Assembly: GCA_964016885.1 (NCBI GenBank)
Contig: OZ024757.1
Coordinates: 17,856,001 to 17,920,000 of the forward strand
Reading direction: 5' to 3'
Source: Eledone cirrhosa
Lineage: Eukaryota
Length of the DNA: 64,000 nt
In this document: in pieces, positions 35,444 to 49,200 of the stretch
Layout of the letters: every line of letters begins with the position of its first letter
How positions within the stretch are numbered: the stretch's first letter is position 1
Translations under genes and position numbers: made by a program
The notes under the pieces: model-generated
What the model saw: the letters and a program-made list of their open reading frames with translations, nothing else
What the model was told of the DNA's origin: nothing
Database searches by the model: none

Positions 35444-36916
35444 TATTAATGCTATAATTGTAGTTTTACCTCCAGTTCAGTGGAGAGATAGACAATATTT
35501 GTCGGCTATTATGGTTTGTTATATTTATACCTAGATATACATAGAAAAACAAATGCAAATCTAACTATCTGGGTCCCCCAAAACCCACTCAAAATGAGTA
35601 AAATATATAAAATAAAATAAAATAAAATAAAATATATAAAGTATATAAAATATGCAAACGCATGAATGGTCTAAAGTTCGATTATAATCAGTAAATTTAC
35701 AAGTTAAATATCCAAACTAAATACTTAAAACAGCGACATAAAAATAAAGATCTGAATCAAAATGATAAATATCCAAAAAATCATAAGGTATGCATACTTA
35801 TCAAAACCTTTTCTGTTGGAAAACCTTTTTCGTTGAGTGCTTCCAATCTATTGTAAAACTCATTCTTTGATGTATTCATTGAATCTTGTTTAACTTTTAA
35901 ATATATATATATATATATATATATAACACAAACACTTATAATTTACCAGATTTCTGACTTTCAAGTTCCAATCTTAAATCTTGATTTCTCTTTATTAATT
36001 TGTTATTTGTTTTCTGCCCTCTTCACTGTATCACCTTATATTTATTTTAAGTTGAGATAGATTATAACACAAACACATTGAGTTTGAATATCTCATCTTA
36101 ACATCTTGTCTCATACCAATCTATCCAACATATTCTGACCTTGAGATTGGTTATAGCACACACACACGCACTTCATCCTACATTATTTCTCACTTCTCCA
36201 TATGCATTTTCATTACTTTTTCACCAATCTCTCATTTATTCTTTATTCTTTATTCTCTATTTATTTATTTATTTTCAAATTACACAAATTATATTAATTA
36301 TTTTATTATATTATTTATTTATTTTCTGTTTTCTTCATTTATTGCCTTATATTTCTTCATATACATGGAAGAACCCCCCCCCCCCCCCCCACCACCACTA
36401 CGATGGTGGCGGGCGGGATGAAGAAAAAAAAACACAAACTGGATACTGCTAAATTGTTAGCAGCAGCAAGATATAAGCTGACCACTACACCAACAACAGT
36501 ACCAAAATAATGGTGGAGGTCAAATGTACTGAACAATAGCAGGCAAAAACACTACAGGGAGCCTCACCCCAGAAAGAATTCTATAGACTTCTGACTGAGG
36601 AATGCTTTCAGAACTGACCAATGGGAAGTTTGACACTTTTTTTGTTATTTTGTTCCTTTAACACCTTGTCCCTTCTACTATTTTATCAATTTTTAAGCTA
36701 ACTCCAACAATAACAACACTTAGAATGAGGAATGTTCTAATAACTGACCAATGAGAGGAGAAGGGGACCTTTGACACTGAAATTCGTTTGTTTGAATTCA
36801 TATGACTCCAGTTCCTCAGTGAATTAACAACCCAACAAGGAACTGGGCATATCAGAGTATTGACAATATTATACACCTAAACAACATATGTACTTGTCTA
36901 TACCATACTAATTCAA

Positions 36917-36971
36917 ACTGCCTGAAGAGGTCACAGCCAAAGATGGCTGTCACTGAAATATATATAGCAGT
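36917..36971 (+). ncRNA. Minimal type I hammerhead ribozyme
   Basis: ACTGC-CTGAAGA-GGTCACAGCCA-AAGA-TGGCTGTCACT-GAAA-TATATA-TA-GCAGT, followed by AATAAA and then (TA)n. Confidence 0.82.
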
Positions 36972-37015
36972 AATAAACGAAGCTAAATTTTAATCATTTG
37001 ACTTTTATTTAACTT

Positions 37016-37058
<43 letters not shown>

Positions 37059-37316
37059 TAATTTAATATATCAACTAACATAGGCGCACAGATGCACGTC
37101 CATGCCAGCAAATACACAGGTTATGTCATAGTACCTAGGTGGTTCAATGCAGGAGGGTGCAGAACAATAATATAAAAGACGTAAAATAAGAAAATATTTT
37201 TTAAAAAATTTAAAAAATTTTTTTTACTTACTTACTTAAATTTTCACTCCAACTAATTAGTTTCTGCAATGGGATAAAGACAGTTACGTAATCCAACTGT
37301 CGAGAATTCATTGCGT

Positions 37317-37371
<55 letters not shown>

Positions 37372-37971
37372 TTACAATAATAAAAGTTCAGTTTAAGTCA
37401 TTTATTTGCTCTATAACATACTTGACCGTTCAACCCAAGAGACAGATAAAACACAAGAGACATATAAAACATATGCGCATATTGATCAACAGTGGGGTGA
37501 CATTCATCAAATGATATAGCATGGCAATTTACATATAGAGGTTACAGGATGAAAATAAAAATAAAAATAAAAATAAAAACAAAAATGAAAATAAATATAA
37601 GCATGAAGCGTTGGCAGTCTATGAAGATAAAGCAAGAGGAAAGTTTAGAGTAGTCAGTGTAAGAAACAGTCTCACGTGTAGCATGCACGCGTGTCTTATT
37701 TATACATGATTAGAGTGCGTCAGAATGATATTTGCAGGGTCAGGCAGTTGAAGCAGGCAATCGATCTTATTATGTGGGCTGAATTATTAAGTCATTTATT
37801 CTCATACATCTGTATGATATACAGTCCCGGAAGCAGGGAAACACCAAAATATCAAAAACTCTCAATATATTATAAACCCTATTGTATCGTAGGCAAAGCC
37901 GTACCACTGTCTTCGCTCACACCACCACTCACATAATCCATGAGACGCAATATATAGAACACGTGTCTATC

Positions 37972-38040
<69 letters not shown>

Positions 38041-38041
<1 letters not shown>

Positions 38042-38424
38042 GTAAATATCTTTAAGTCGTTTGGAAGCCTCGACAATGCAAATGGGTAAATCTCTGGGTA
38101 ACAAGATCCGGTGGTGGAGAGAGAGATGTAAGTGGGTGTACGTTAAGATGCGTGGCGTGTATAAGACGTGTAGAGGAATTAAATCTCTCCCAAGGTAACT
38201 CTCTCTCGTGTTGTTATTTTAATTTTATCCTTTATACTCTTTCCTTCATTCCTCTACACGTCTTATACACGCCACGCATCTCAACGTACACCCACTTACA
38301 TCTCTCTCTCCACCACCGGATCTTGTTACCCGGAGATTTACCCATTTGCATTGTCGAGGCTTCCAAACGACTTAAAGATATTTACCTATTATTCCACAAT
38401 GCTTCAAGCAAACTTCAATACTCT

Positions 38425-38428
<4 letters not shown>
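38041..38428. mobile_element. Fold-back element (~140-bp near-perfect arms) between (TA)n tracts
   Basis: 38041-38182 is inverted at 38245-38386. Confidence 0.85.
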
Positions 38429-38509
<81 letters not shown>

Positions 38510-38591
38510 ATAATAATAAAATTGAAGACTAAGATCCAAAGAGGGCTCGATAAGGAAAATATATATCAAATATATAAGAACCGTAGAGCAA

Positions 38592-39174
38592 ATATTTATT
38601 AAAATAACAGATTAAAGTTTAAGCAAAGAATCGCTGCTTTCACCCTTAACGGGATCTTCTGAAACTAACAAAGTCAATCAACGTCTCTATGCACCACCTA
38701 AGAGAACATTAGTGTACGACCTCTTTTATACCATAAACGTGGTTTTGTCTTTGCGCGTAATTGTTTTTCACCGCTCCTATTAATGACGTATTATATTCGG
38801 TGGATTGGCAGTATCGGTAGAGGGTCGGACACCATGCTTTCCAACATAGTTACGTCCCTTTACGATCTGAGTTCAAATCCCGCCGAGGTTGACTTTGCCT
38901 TTCATCCTTACGGGGTCGATAAAATAAAGTACCAGTAATACACTGGGTAATTGTTGGCCTTGTGCCAAAAGTAGAAACAATTATATTCGTTTTTTCCCGT
39001 TCTTTGCCAGCGAACGTCACCATGAACCAAAGTATCGTCTTCCTGTCTTCCTCCGGTTGCAACGTTTTTTGAAATATCCAGTTCTGCGTTTACAGATTGA
39101 CTTTGTTAGTTTCAGAAGATCCCGTTAAGGGTGAAAGCAGCGATTCTTTGCTTAAACTTTAATCTGTTATTTTA

Positions 39175-39182
<8 letters not shown>
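38592..39182. mobile_element. Fold-back element with 88-bp perfect arms
   Basis: 38592-38679 is inverted at 39095-39182; degenerate core CAGAAGA-TCCC..GGGT-GAAA; ends in (TA)n. Confidence 0.8.
38799..38983 (+). mobile_element. SINE family A with TSD
   Basis: Full copy; TTATATTCG on both sides (38791 and 38981). Confidence 0.9.
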
Positions 39183-39212
<30 letters not shown>

Positions 39213-39576
39213 CGGCGATGAATTAGTTTTGCGAGGTTTTTTATATGAAATCGTGTGTCGAAACAGATATTGTTATATTTGGGGAGGGTCATATTTGCGT
39301 AATATTGCCAGAATTAATAACAGAACACACTCACTGTTTAGTTGGTTTTCGCTTCTCGCTGTCTTTTATATATATATATCTGCGATCTAACTTACTCGGT
39401 CCTCAATGTTGCCATTGACTGACCGGCGGTCAAAAATAATACAGATACAATATAGACAAACACATATATATATAGTTTACATAATTTACATAAATCTTTC
39501 GTTGCACATCTGCAACATCGTCAGTGGTGTTATATTCATTGTTCCTCCTGTTGTGTTGTATGTCTACGCCAAATAT

Positions 39577-39625
<49 letters not shown>

Positions 39626-39639
39626 TCACGAATGACCAT

Positions 39640-39951
39640 GAGATTTGGGGATTTGCCCCTTGGAAAGTTCTCCTCCGCGGCACAAGTCCTGGCAAGGTTG
39701 TTTGTGGAAGACCAACAGTCACCCATACATACCAGTCTCCCCTCTCCACGCCACCAATGTTGTCCAAGGGAAAGGCAATGGCTGACACAGCTTGGCACCA
39801 GTGACGTCGCAACTGATTTCTGCAGCTGAGTAAACTGGAGCAACATGAAATAAAGTGTCTTTCTCAAGAAAACAACACAAAACCCGGTCCAAAAATCTTA
39901 ATCACGGCTTCACTATTGTAAGCCCGACGCTCTAACCACTAAGCCATGTGC
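39640..39951 (-). mobile_element. SINE family B, near full length
   Basis: tRNA-like head GCACATGGCTTAGTGGTTAGAGCGTCGG plus the core shared with 26480-26632. Confidence 0.8.
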
Positions 39952-40214
39952 ATACTAACAGTTTAATTGATACTTCGTGATCAATAATTCAGGTAAATAT
40001 GGAGTCATATAAGCTTTTTTTATATATGTTCATTGTAATGAACATGAACATATATTTGTCAGGCCATCGATCAATGACCGTGTGAAGATGCTAAATGTTA
40101 GCGTTGTGTGATACACGTATAAACTGCGAAATTATTGGAGTGGGAGTGGAAGACGTAAATATATTCTGTTTATGTCATTGAAGTGGCGTCCGAACGAGTA
40201 TCCTCCATTCCTAA

Positions 40215-43200
40215 CTAACTTGCCTTGGGTCTCGGCCGACAGGATGGAAAATGGATTGCCTCGGAGGAGAGAGACACACGGAAATAGCCACCCCACGGGG
40301 CCAGCACATGTGGGCGGCCAATACTCACTTTGATAGCAGTGAGTAGGGATGTAGTCCGTGGACCAAGAACACATGAAGTCTCCACTGCTGAAGGCTCTAC
40401 CACAAACCTATCAGTAGGGATGTGGTCTGGGGGCCAAGAATACTGGAAGTCCCCACTGCTGAAGGCTCTACCACAAACCTATCTGTAGGGATGTGGTCTG
40501 GGGGCCAAGAACACATGAAGTCTCCACTGCTGAAGGCTCTACCACAAACCTATCTGTAGGGATGTGGTCTGGGGGCCAAGAATACTGGAAGTCTCCACTG
40601 CTGAAGGCTCTACCACAAACCTATCTGTAGGGATGTGGTCTGGGGGCCAAGAATACTAGAAGTCTCCACTGCTGAAGGCTCTACCACAAACCTATCAGTA
40701 GGGATGTGGTCTGGGGGCCAAGAATACTAGAAGTCTCCACTGCTGAAGGCTCTACCACAAACCTATCTGTAGGGATGTGGTCTGGGGGCCAAGAACACAT
40801 GAAGTCTCCACTGCTGAAGGCTCTACCACAAACCTATCAGTAGGGATGTGGTCTGGGGGCCAAGAATACTGGAAGTCTCCACTGCTGAAGGCTCTACCAC
40901 AAACCTATCAGTAGGGCTGTGGTCTGGGGGCCAAGAACACATGAAGTCTCCACTGCTGAAGGCTCTACCACAAACCTATCAGTAGGGATGTGGTCTGGGG
41001 GCCAAGAATACTGGAAGTCTCCACTGCTGAAGGCTCTACCACAAACCTATCTGTAGGGATGTGGTCTGGGGGCCAAGAATACTGGAAGTCTCCACTGCTG
41101 AAGGCTCTACCACAAACCTATCTGTAGGGATGTGGTCTGGGGGCCAAGAATACTGGAAGTCTCCACTGCTGAAGGCTCTACCACAAACCTATCAGTAGGG
41201 ATGTGGTCTGGGGGCCAAGAATACTGGAAGTCTCCACTGCTGAAGGCTCTACCACAAACCTATCAGTAGGGATGTGGTCTGGGGGCCTAGAATACTGGAA
41301 GTCTCCACTGCTGAAGGCTCTACCACAAACCTATCAGTAGGGATGTGGTTTGGGGGCCAAGAATACTGGAAGTCTCCACTGCTGAAGGCTCTACCACAAA
41401 CCTATCTGTAGGGATGTGGTCTGGGGGCCAAGAATACTGGAAGTCTCCACTGCTGAAGGCTCTACCACAAACCTATCAGTAGGGATGTGGTTTGGGGGCC
41501 AAGAATACTGGAAGTCTCCACTGCTGAAGGCTCTACCACAAACCTATCAGTAGGGATGTGGTCTGGGGGCCTAGAATACTGGAAGTCTCCACTGCTGAAG
41601 GCTCTACCACAAACCTATCAGTAGGGATGTGGTTTGGGGGCCAAGAATACTGGAAGTCTCCACTGCTGAAGGCTCTACCACAAACCTATCAGTAGGGATG
41701 TGGTCTGGGGGCCAAGAACACATGAAGTCCCCACTGCTGAAGGCTCTACCACAAACCTATCAGTAGGGATGTGGTCTGGGGGCCAAGAATACTGGAAGTC
41801 TCCACTGCTGAAGGCTCTACCACAAACCTATCTGTAGGGATGTGGTCTGGGGGCCAAGAATACTGGAAGTCTCCACTGCTGAAGGCTCTACCACAAACCT
41901 ATCAGTAGGGATGTGGTCTGGGGGCCAAGAATACTGGAAGTCTCCACTGCTGAAGGCTCTACCACAAACCTATCAGTAGGGATGTGGTCTGGGGGCCAAG
42001 AATACTGGAAGTCTCCACTGCTGAAGGCTCTACCACAAACCTATCAGTAGGGATGTGGTTTGGGGGCCAAGAATACTGGAAGTCTCCACTGCTGAAGGCT
42101 CTACCACAAACCTATCAGTAGGGATGTGGTCTGGGGGCCAAGAACACATGAAGTCCCCACTGCTGAAGGCTCTACCACAAACCTATCTGTAGGGATGTGG
42201 TCTGGGGGCCAAGAACACATGAAGTCTCCACTGCTGAAGGCTCTACCACAAACCTATCAGTAGGGATGTGGTCTGGGGGCCTAGAATACTGGAAGTCTCC
42301 ACTGCTGAAGGCTCTACCACAAACCTATCTGTAGGGATGTGGTCTGGGGGCCAAGAACACATGAAGTCTCCACTGCTGAAGGCTCTACCACAAACCTATC
42401 AGTAGGGATGTGGTCTGGGGGCCAAGAACACATGAAGTCTCCACTGCTGAAGGCTCTACCACAAACCTATCAGTAGGGATGTGGTCTGGGGGCCAAGAAT
42501 ACTGGAAGTCTCCACTGCTGAAGGCTCTACCACAAACCTATCAGTAGGGATGTGGTCTGGGGGCCAAGAACACATGAAGTCCCCACTGCTGAAGGCTCTA
42601 CCACAAACCTATCAGTAGGGATGTGGTCTGGGGGCCAAGAACACATGAAGTCTCCACTGCTGAAGGCTCTACCACAAACCTATCAGTAGGGATGTGGTCT
42701 GGGGGCCAAGAATACTGGAAGTCTCCACTGCTGAAGGCTCTACCACAAACCTATCAGTAGGGATGTGGTCTGGGGGCCAAGAACACATGAAGTCCCCACT
42801 GCTGAAGGCTCTACCACAAACCTATCAGTAGGGATGTGGTCTGGGGGCCAAGAACACATGAAGTCTCCACTGCTGAAGGCTCTACCACAAACCTATCAGT
42901 AGGGATGTGGTCTGGGGGCCAAGAATACTGGAAGTCTCCACTGCTGAAGGCTCTACCACAAACCTATCTGTAGGGATGTGGTCTGGGGGCCAAGAATACT
43001 GGAAGTCTCCACTGCTGAAGGCTCTACCACAAACCTATCAGTAGGGATGTGGTCTGGGGGCCTAGAATACTGGAAGTCTCCACTGCTGAAGGCTCTACCA
43101 CAAACCTATCAGTAGGGATGTGGTCTGGGGGCCAAGAACACATGAAGTCCCCACTGCTGAAGGCTCTACCACAAACCTATCAGTAGGGATGTGGTCTGGG

Positions 43201-46200
43201 GGCCAAGAACACATGAAGTCTCCACTGCTGAAGGCTCTACCACAAACCTATCTGTAGGGATGTGGTCTGGGGGCCAAGAATACTGGAAGTCCCCACTGCT
43301 GAAGGCTCTACCACAAACCTATCAGTAGGGATGTGGTCTGGGGGCCTAGAATACTGGAAGTCTCCACTGCTGAAGGCTCTACCACAAACCTATCAGTAGG
43401 GATGTGGTCTGGGGGCCAAGAACACATGAAGTCCCCACTGCTGAAGGCTCTACCACAAACCTATCAGTAGGGATGTGGTCTGGGGGCCAAGAACACATGA
43501 AGTCTCCACTGCTGAAGGCTCTACCACAAACCTATCTGTAGGGATGTGGTCTGGGGGCCAAGAACACATGAAGTCTCCACTGCTGAAGGCTCTACCACAA
43601 ACCTATCTGTAGGGATGTGGTCTGGGGGCCAAGAACACATGAAGTCTCCACTGCTGAAGGCTCTACCACAAACCTATCTGTAGGGATGTGGTCTGGGGGC
43701 CAAGAATACTGGAAGTCTCCACTGCTGAAGGCTCTACCACAAACCTATCAGTAGGGATGTGGTCTGGGGGCCAAGAACACATGAAGTCTCCACTGCTGAA
43801 GGCTCTACCACAAACCTATCTGTAGGGATGTGGTCTGGGGGCCAAGAATACTGGAAGTCTCCACTGCTGAAGGCTCTACCACAAACCTATCAGTAGGGAT
43901 GTGGTCTGGGGGCCAAGAATACTGGAAGTCTCCACTGCTGAAGGCTCTACCACAAACCTATCAGTAGGGATGTGGTCTGGGGGCCAAGAACACATGAAGT
44001 CTCCACTGCTGAAGGCTCTACCACAAACCTATCTGTAGGGATGTGGTCTGGGGGCCAAGAATACTGGAAGTCTCCACTGCTGAAGGCTCTACCACAAACC
44101 TATCTGTAGGGATGTGGTCTGGGGGCCAAGAATACTGGAAGTCTCCACTGCTGAAGGCTCTACCACAAACCTATCAGTAGGGATGTGGTCTGGGGGCCAA
44201 GAATACTGGAAGTCTCCACTGCTGAAGGCTCTACCACAAACCTATCAGTAGGGATGTGGTCTGGGGGCCAAGAATACTGGAAGTCTCCACTGCTGAAGGC
44301 TCTACCACAAACCTATCAGTAGGGATGTGGTCTGGGGGCCAAGAATACTGGAAGTCTCCACTGCTGAAGGCTCTACCACAAACCTATCAGTAGGGATGTG
44401 GTCTGGGGGCCAAGAATAGTGGAAGTCTCCACTGCTGAAGGCTCTACCACAAACCTATCAGTAGGGATGTGGTCTGGGGGCCAAGAACACATGAAGTCTC
44501 CACTGCTGAAGTCTCTACCACAAACCTATCAGTAGGGATGTGGTCTGGGGGCCAAGAACACATGAAGTCTCCACTGCTGAAGGCTCTACCACAAACCTAT
44601 CAGTAGGGATGTGGTCTGGGGGCCAAGAACACATGAAGTCTCCACTGCTGAAGGCTCTACCACAAACCTATCAGTAGGGATGTGGTCTGGGGGCCAAGAA
44701 CACATGAAGTCTCCACTGCTGAAGTCTCTACCACAAACCTATCAGTAGGGATGTGGTCTGGGGGCCAAGAACACATGAAGTCTCCACTGCTGAAGGCTCT
44801 ACCACAAACCTATCAGTAGGGATGTGGTCTGGGGGCCAAGAACACATGAAGTCTCCACTGCTGAAGTCTCTACCACAAACCTATCAGTAGGGATGTGGTC
44901 TGGGGGCCAAGAACACATGAAGTCTCCACTGCTGAAGGCTCTACCACAAACCTATCAGTAGGGATGTGGTCTGGGGGCCAAGAATACTGGAAGTCCCCAC
45001 TGCTGAAGGCTCTACCACAAACCTATCAGTAGGGATGTGGTCTGGGGGCCAAGAATACTGGAAGTCTCCACTGCTGAAGGCTCTACCACAAACCTATCAG
45101 TAGGGATGTGGTCTGGGGGCCAAGAACACATGAAGTCTCCACTGCTGAAGGCTCTACCACAAACCTATCAGTAGGGATGTGGTCTGGGGGCCAAGAATAC
45201 TGGAAGTCCCCACTGCTGAAGGCTCTACCACAAACCTATCAGTAGGGATGTGGTCTGGGGGCCTAGAATACTGGAAGTCTCCACTGCTGAAGGCTCTACC
45301 ACAAACCTATCAGTAGGGATGTGGTCTGGGGGCCAAGAATACTGGAAGTCTCCACTGCTGAAGGCTCTACCACAAACCTATCAGTAGGGATGTGGTCTGG
45401 GGGCCAAGAATACTGGAAGTCCCCACTGCTGAAGGCTCTACCACAAACCTATCAGTAGGGATGTGGTCTGGGGGCCAAGAATACTGGAAGTCCCCACTGC
45501 TGAAGGCTCTACCACAAACCTATCAGTAGGGATGTGGTCTGGGGGCCAAGAATACTGGAAGTCTCCACTGCTGAAGGCTCTACCACAAACCTATCTGTAG
45601 GGATGTGGTCTGGGGGCCTAGAATACTGGAAGTCTCCACTGCTGAAGGCTCTACCACAAACCTATCAGTAGGGATGTGGTCTGGGGGCCAAGAATACTGG
45701 AAGTCTCCACTGCTGAAGGCTCTACCACAAACCTATCTGTAGGGATGTGGTCTGGGGGCCTAGAATACTGGAAGTCTCCACTGCTGAAGGCTCTACCACA
45801 AACCTATCTGTAGGGATGTGGTCTGGGGGCCTAGAATACTGGAAGTCTCCACTGCTGAAGGCTCTACCACAAACCTATCAGTAGGGATGTGGTCTGGGGG
45901 CCAAGAATACTGGAAGTCTCCACTGCTGAAGGCTCTACCACAAACCTATCAGTAGGGATGTGGTCTGGGGGCCAAGAATACTGGAAGTCCCCACTGCTGA
46001 AGGCTCTACCACAAACCTATCAGTAGGGATGTGGTCTGGGGGCCTAGAATACTGGAAGTCTCCACTGCTGAAGGCTCTACCACAAACCTATCAGTAGGGA
46101 TGTGGTCTGGGGGCCAAGAATACTGGAAGTCTCCACTGCTGAAGGCTCTACCACAAACCTATCAGTAGGGATGTGGTCTGGGGGCCAAGAATACTGGAAG

Positions 46201-49200
46201 TCCCCACTGCTGAAGGCTCTACCACAAACCTATCAGTAGGGATGTGGTCTGGGGGCCTAGAATACTGGAAGTCTCCACTGCTGAAGGCTCTACCACAAAC
46301 CTATCTGTAGGGATGTGGTCTGGGGGCCAAGAATACTGGAAGTCCCCACTGCTGAAGGCTCTACCACAAACCTATCAGTAGGGATGTGGTTTGGGGGCCA
46401 AGAATACTGGAAGTCTCCACTGCTGAAGGCTCTACCACAAACCTATCAGTAGGGATGTGGTCTGGGGGCCTAGAATACTGGAAGTCTCCACTGCTGAAGG
46501 CTCTACCACAAACCTATCAGTAGGGATGTGGTCTGGGGGCCAAGAACACATGAAGTCCCCACTGCTGAAGGCTCTACCACAAACCTATCAGTAGGGATGT
46601 GGTCTGGGGGCCAAGAATACTGGAAGTCTCCACTGCTGAAGGCTCTACCACAAACCTATCAGTAGGGATGTGGTCTGGGGGCCAAGAACACATGAAGTCC
46701 CCACTGCTGAAGGCTCTACCACAAACCTATCAGTAGGGATGTGGTCTGGGGGCCAAGAATACTGGAAGTCTCCACTGCTGAAGGCTCTACCACAAACCTA
46801 TCAGTAGGGATGTGGTCTGGGGGCCAAGAACACATGAAGTCCCCACTGCTGAAGGCTCTACCACAAACCTATCAGTAGGGATGTGGTCTGGGGGCCAAGA
46901 ATACTGGAAGTCCCCACTGCTGAAGGCTCTACCACAAACCTATCAGTAGGGATGTGGTCTGGGGGCCAAGAATTCTGGAAGTCCCCACTGCTGAAGGCTC
47001 TACCACAAACCTATCAGTAGGGATGTGGTCTGGGGGCCAAGAATACTGGAAGTCCCCACTGCTGAAGGCTCTACCACAAACCTATCAGTAGGGATGTGGT
47101 CTGGGGGCCAAGAACACATGAAGTCTCCACTGCTGAAGGCTCTACCACAAACCTATCAGTAGGGATGTGGTCTGGGGGCCAAGAATACTGGAAGTCCCCA
47201 CTGCTGAAGGCTCTACCACAAACCTATCAGTAGGGATGTGGTCTGGGGGCCAAGAACACATGAAGTCTCCACTGCTGAAGGCTCTACCACAAACCTATCA
47301 GTAGGGATGTGGTCTGGGGGCCAAGAATACTGGAAGTCTCCACTGCTGAAGGCTCTACCACAAACCTATCAGTAGGGATGTGGTCTGGGGGCCAAGAATA
47401 CTGGAAGTCCCCACTGCTGAAGGCTCTACCACAAACCTATCAGTAGGGATGTGGTCTGGGGGCCAAGAACACATGAAGTCTCCACTGCTGAAGGCTCTAC
47501 CACAAACCTATCAGTAGGGATGTGGTCTGGGGGCCAAGAATACTGGAAGTCTCCACTGCTGAAGGCTCTACCACAAACCTATCAGTAGGGATGTGGTCTG
47601 GGGGCCAAGAACACATGAAGTCCCCACTGCTGAAGGCTCTACCACAAACCTATCAGTAGGGATGTGGTCTGGGTCCAAGAATACTGGAAGTCCCCACTGC
47701 TGAAGGCTCTACCACAAACCTATCAGTAGGGATGTGGTCTGGGGGCCAAGAATACTGGAAGTCCCCACTGCTGAAGGCTCTACCACAAACCTATCAGTAG
47801 GGATGTGGTCTGGGGGCGTAGAATACTGGAAGTCTCCACTGCTGAAGGCTCTACCACAAACCTATCAGTAGGGATGTGGTCTGGGGGCCAAGAATACATG
47901 AAGTCTCCACTGCTGAAGGCTCTACCACAAATCTATCAGTAGGGATGTGGTCTGGGGGCCAAGAATACTGGAAGTCCCCACTGCTGAAGGCTCTACCACA
48001 AACCTATCAGTAGGGATGTGGTCTGGGGGCCAAGAACACATGAAGTCTCCACTGCTGAAGGCTCTACCACAAACCTATCTGTAGGGATGTGGTCTGGGGG
48101 CCAAGAATACTGGAAGTCCCCACTGCTGAAGGCTCTACCACAAACCTATCAGTAGGGATGTGGTCTGGGGGCCAAGAACACATGAAGTCTCCACTGCTGA
48201 AGGCTCTACCACAAACCTATCAGTAGGGATGTGGTCTGGGGGCCAAGAACACATGAAGTCTCCACTGCTGAAGGCTCTACCACAAACCTATCAGTAGGGA
48301 TGTGGTCTGGGGGCCTAGAATACTGGAAGTCTCCACTGCTGAAGGCTCTACCACAAACCTATCTGTAGGGATGTGGTCTGGGGGCCAAGAATACATGAAG
48401 TCTCCACTGCTGAAGGCTCTACCACAAACCTATCTGTAGGGATGTGGTCTGGGGGCCTAGAATACTGGAAGTCTCCACTGCTGAAGGCTCTACCACAAAC
48501 CTATCTGTAGGGATGTGGTCTGGGGGGCCAAGAATACTGGAAGTCTCCACTGCTGAAGGCTCTACCACAAACCTATCTGTAGGGATGTGGTCTGGGGGCC
48601 AAGAATACATGAAGTCTCCACTGCTGAAGGCTCTACCACAAACCTATCAGTAGGGATGTGGTCTGGGGGCCAAGAACACATGAAGTCTCCACTGCTGAAG
48701 GCTCTACCACAAACTTATCAGTAGGGATGTGGTCTGGGGGCCAAGAATACTGGACGTCTCCACTGCTGAAGGCTCTACCACAAACCTATCAGTAGGGATG
48801 TGGTCTGGGGGCCAAGAATACTGGAAGTCTCCACTGCTGAAGGCTCTACCACAAACCTATCAGTAGGGATGTGGTCTGGGGGCCAAGAATACATGAAGTC
48901 TCCACTGCTGAAGGCTCTACCACAAACCTATCAGTAGGGATGTGGTCTGGGGGCCAAGAACACATGAAGTCTCCACTGCTGAAGGCTCTACCACAAACCT
49001 ATCAGTAGGGATGTGGTCTGGGGGCCAAGAATACTGGAAGTCTCCACTGCTGAAGGCTCTACCACAAACCTATCAGTAGGGATGTGGTCTGGGGGCCAAG
49101 AATACCGGAAGTCTCCACTGCTGAAGGCTCTACCACAAACCTATCTGTAGGGATGTGGTCTGGGGGCCTAGAATACTGGAAGTCTCCACTGCTGAAGGCT

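Noticed and set aside
37400-37520. Further hammerhead (TTGATGA on the minus strand)
   Set aside because: Core degenerate and no GAAA or stem III at a suitable position.
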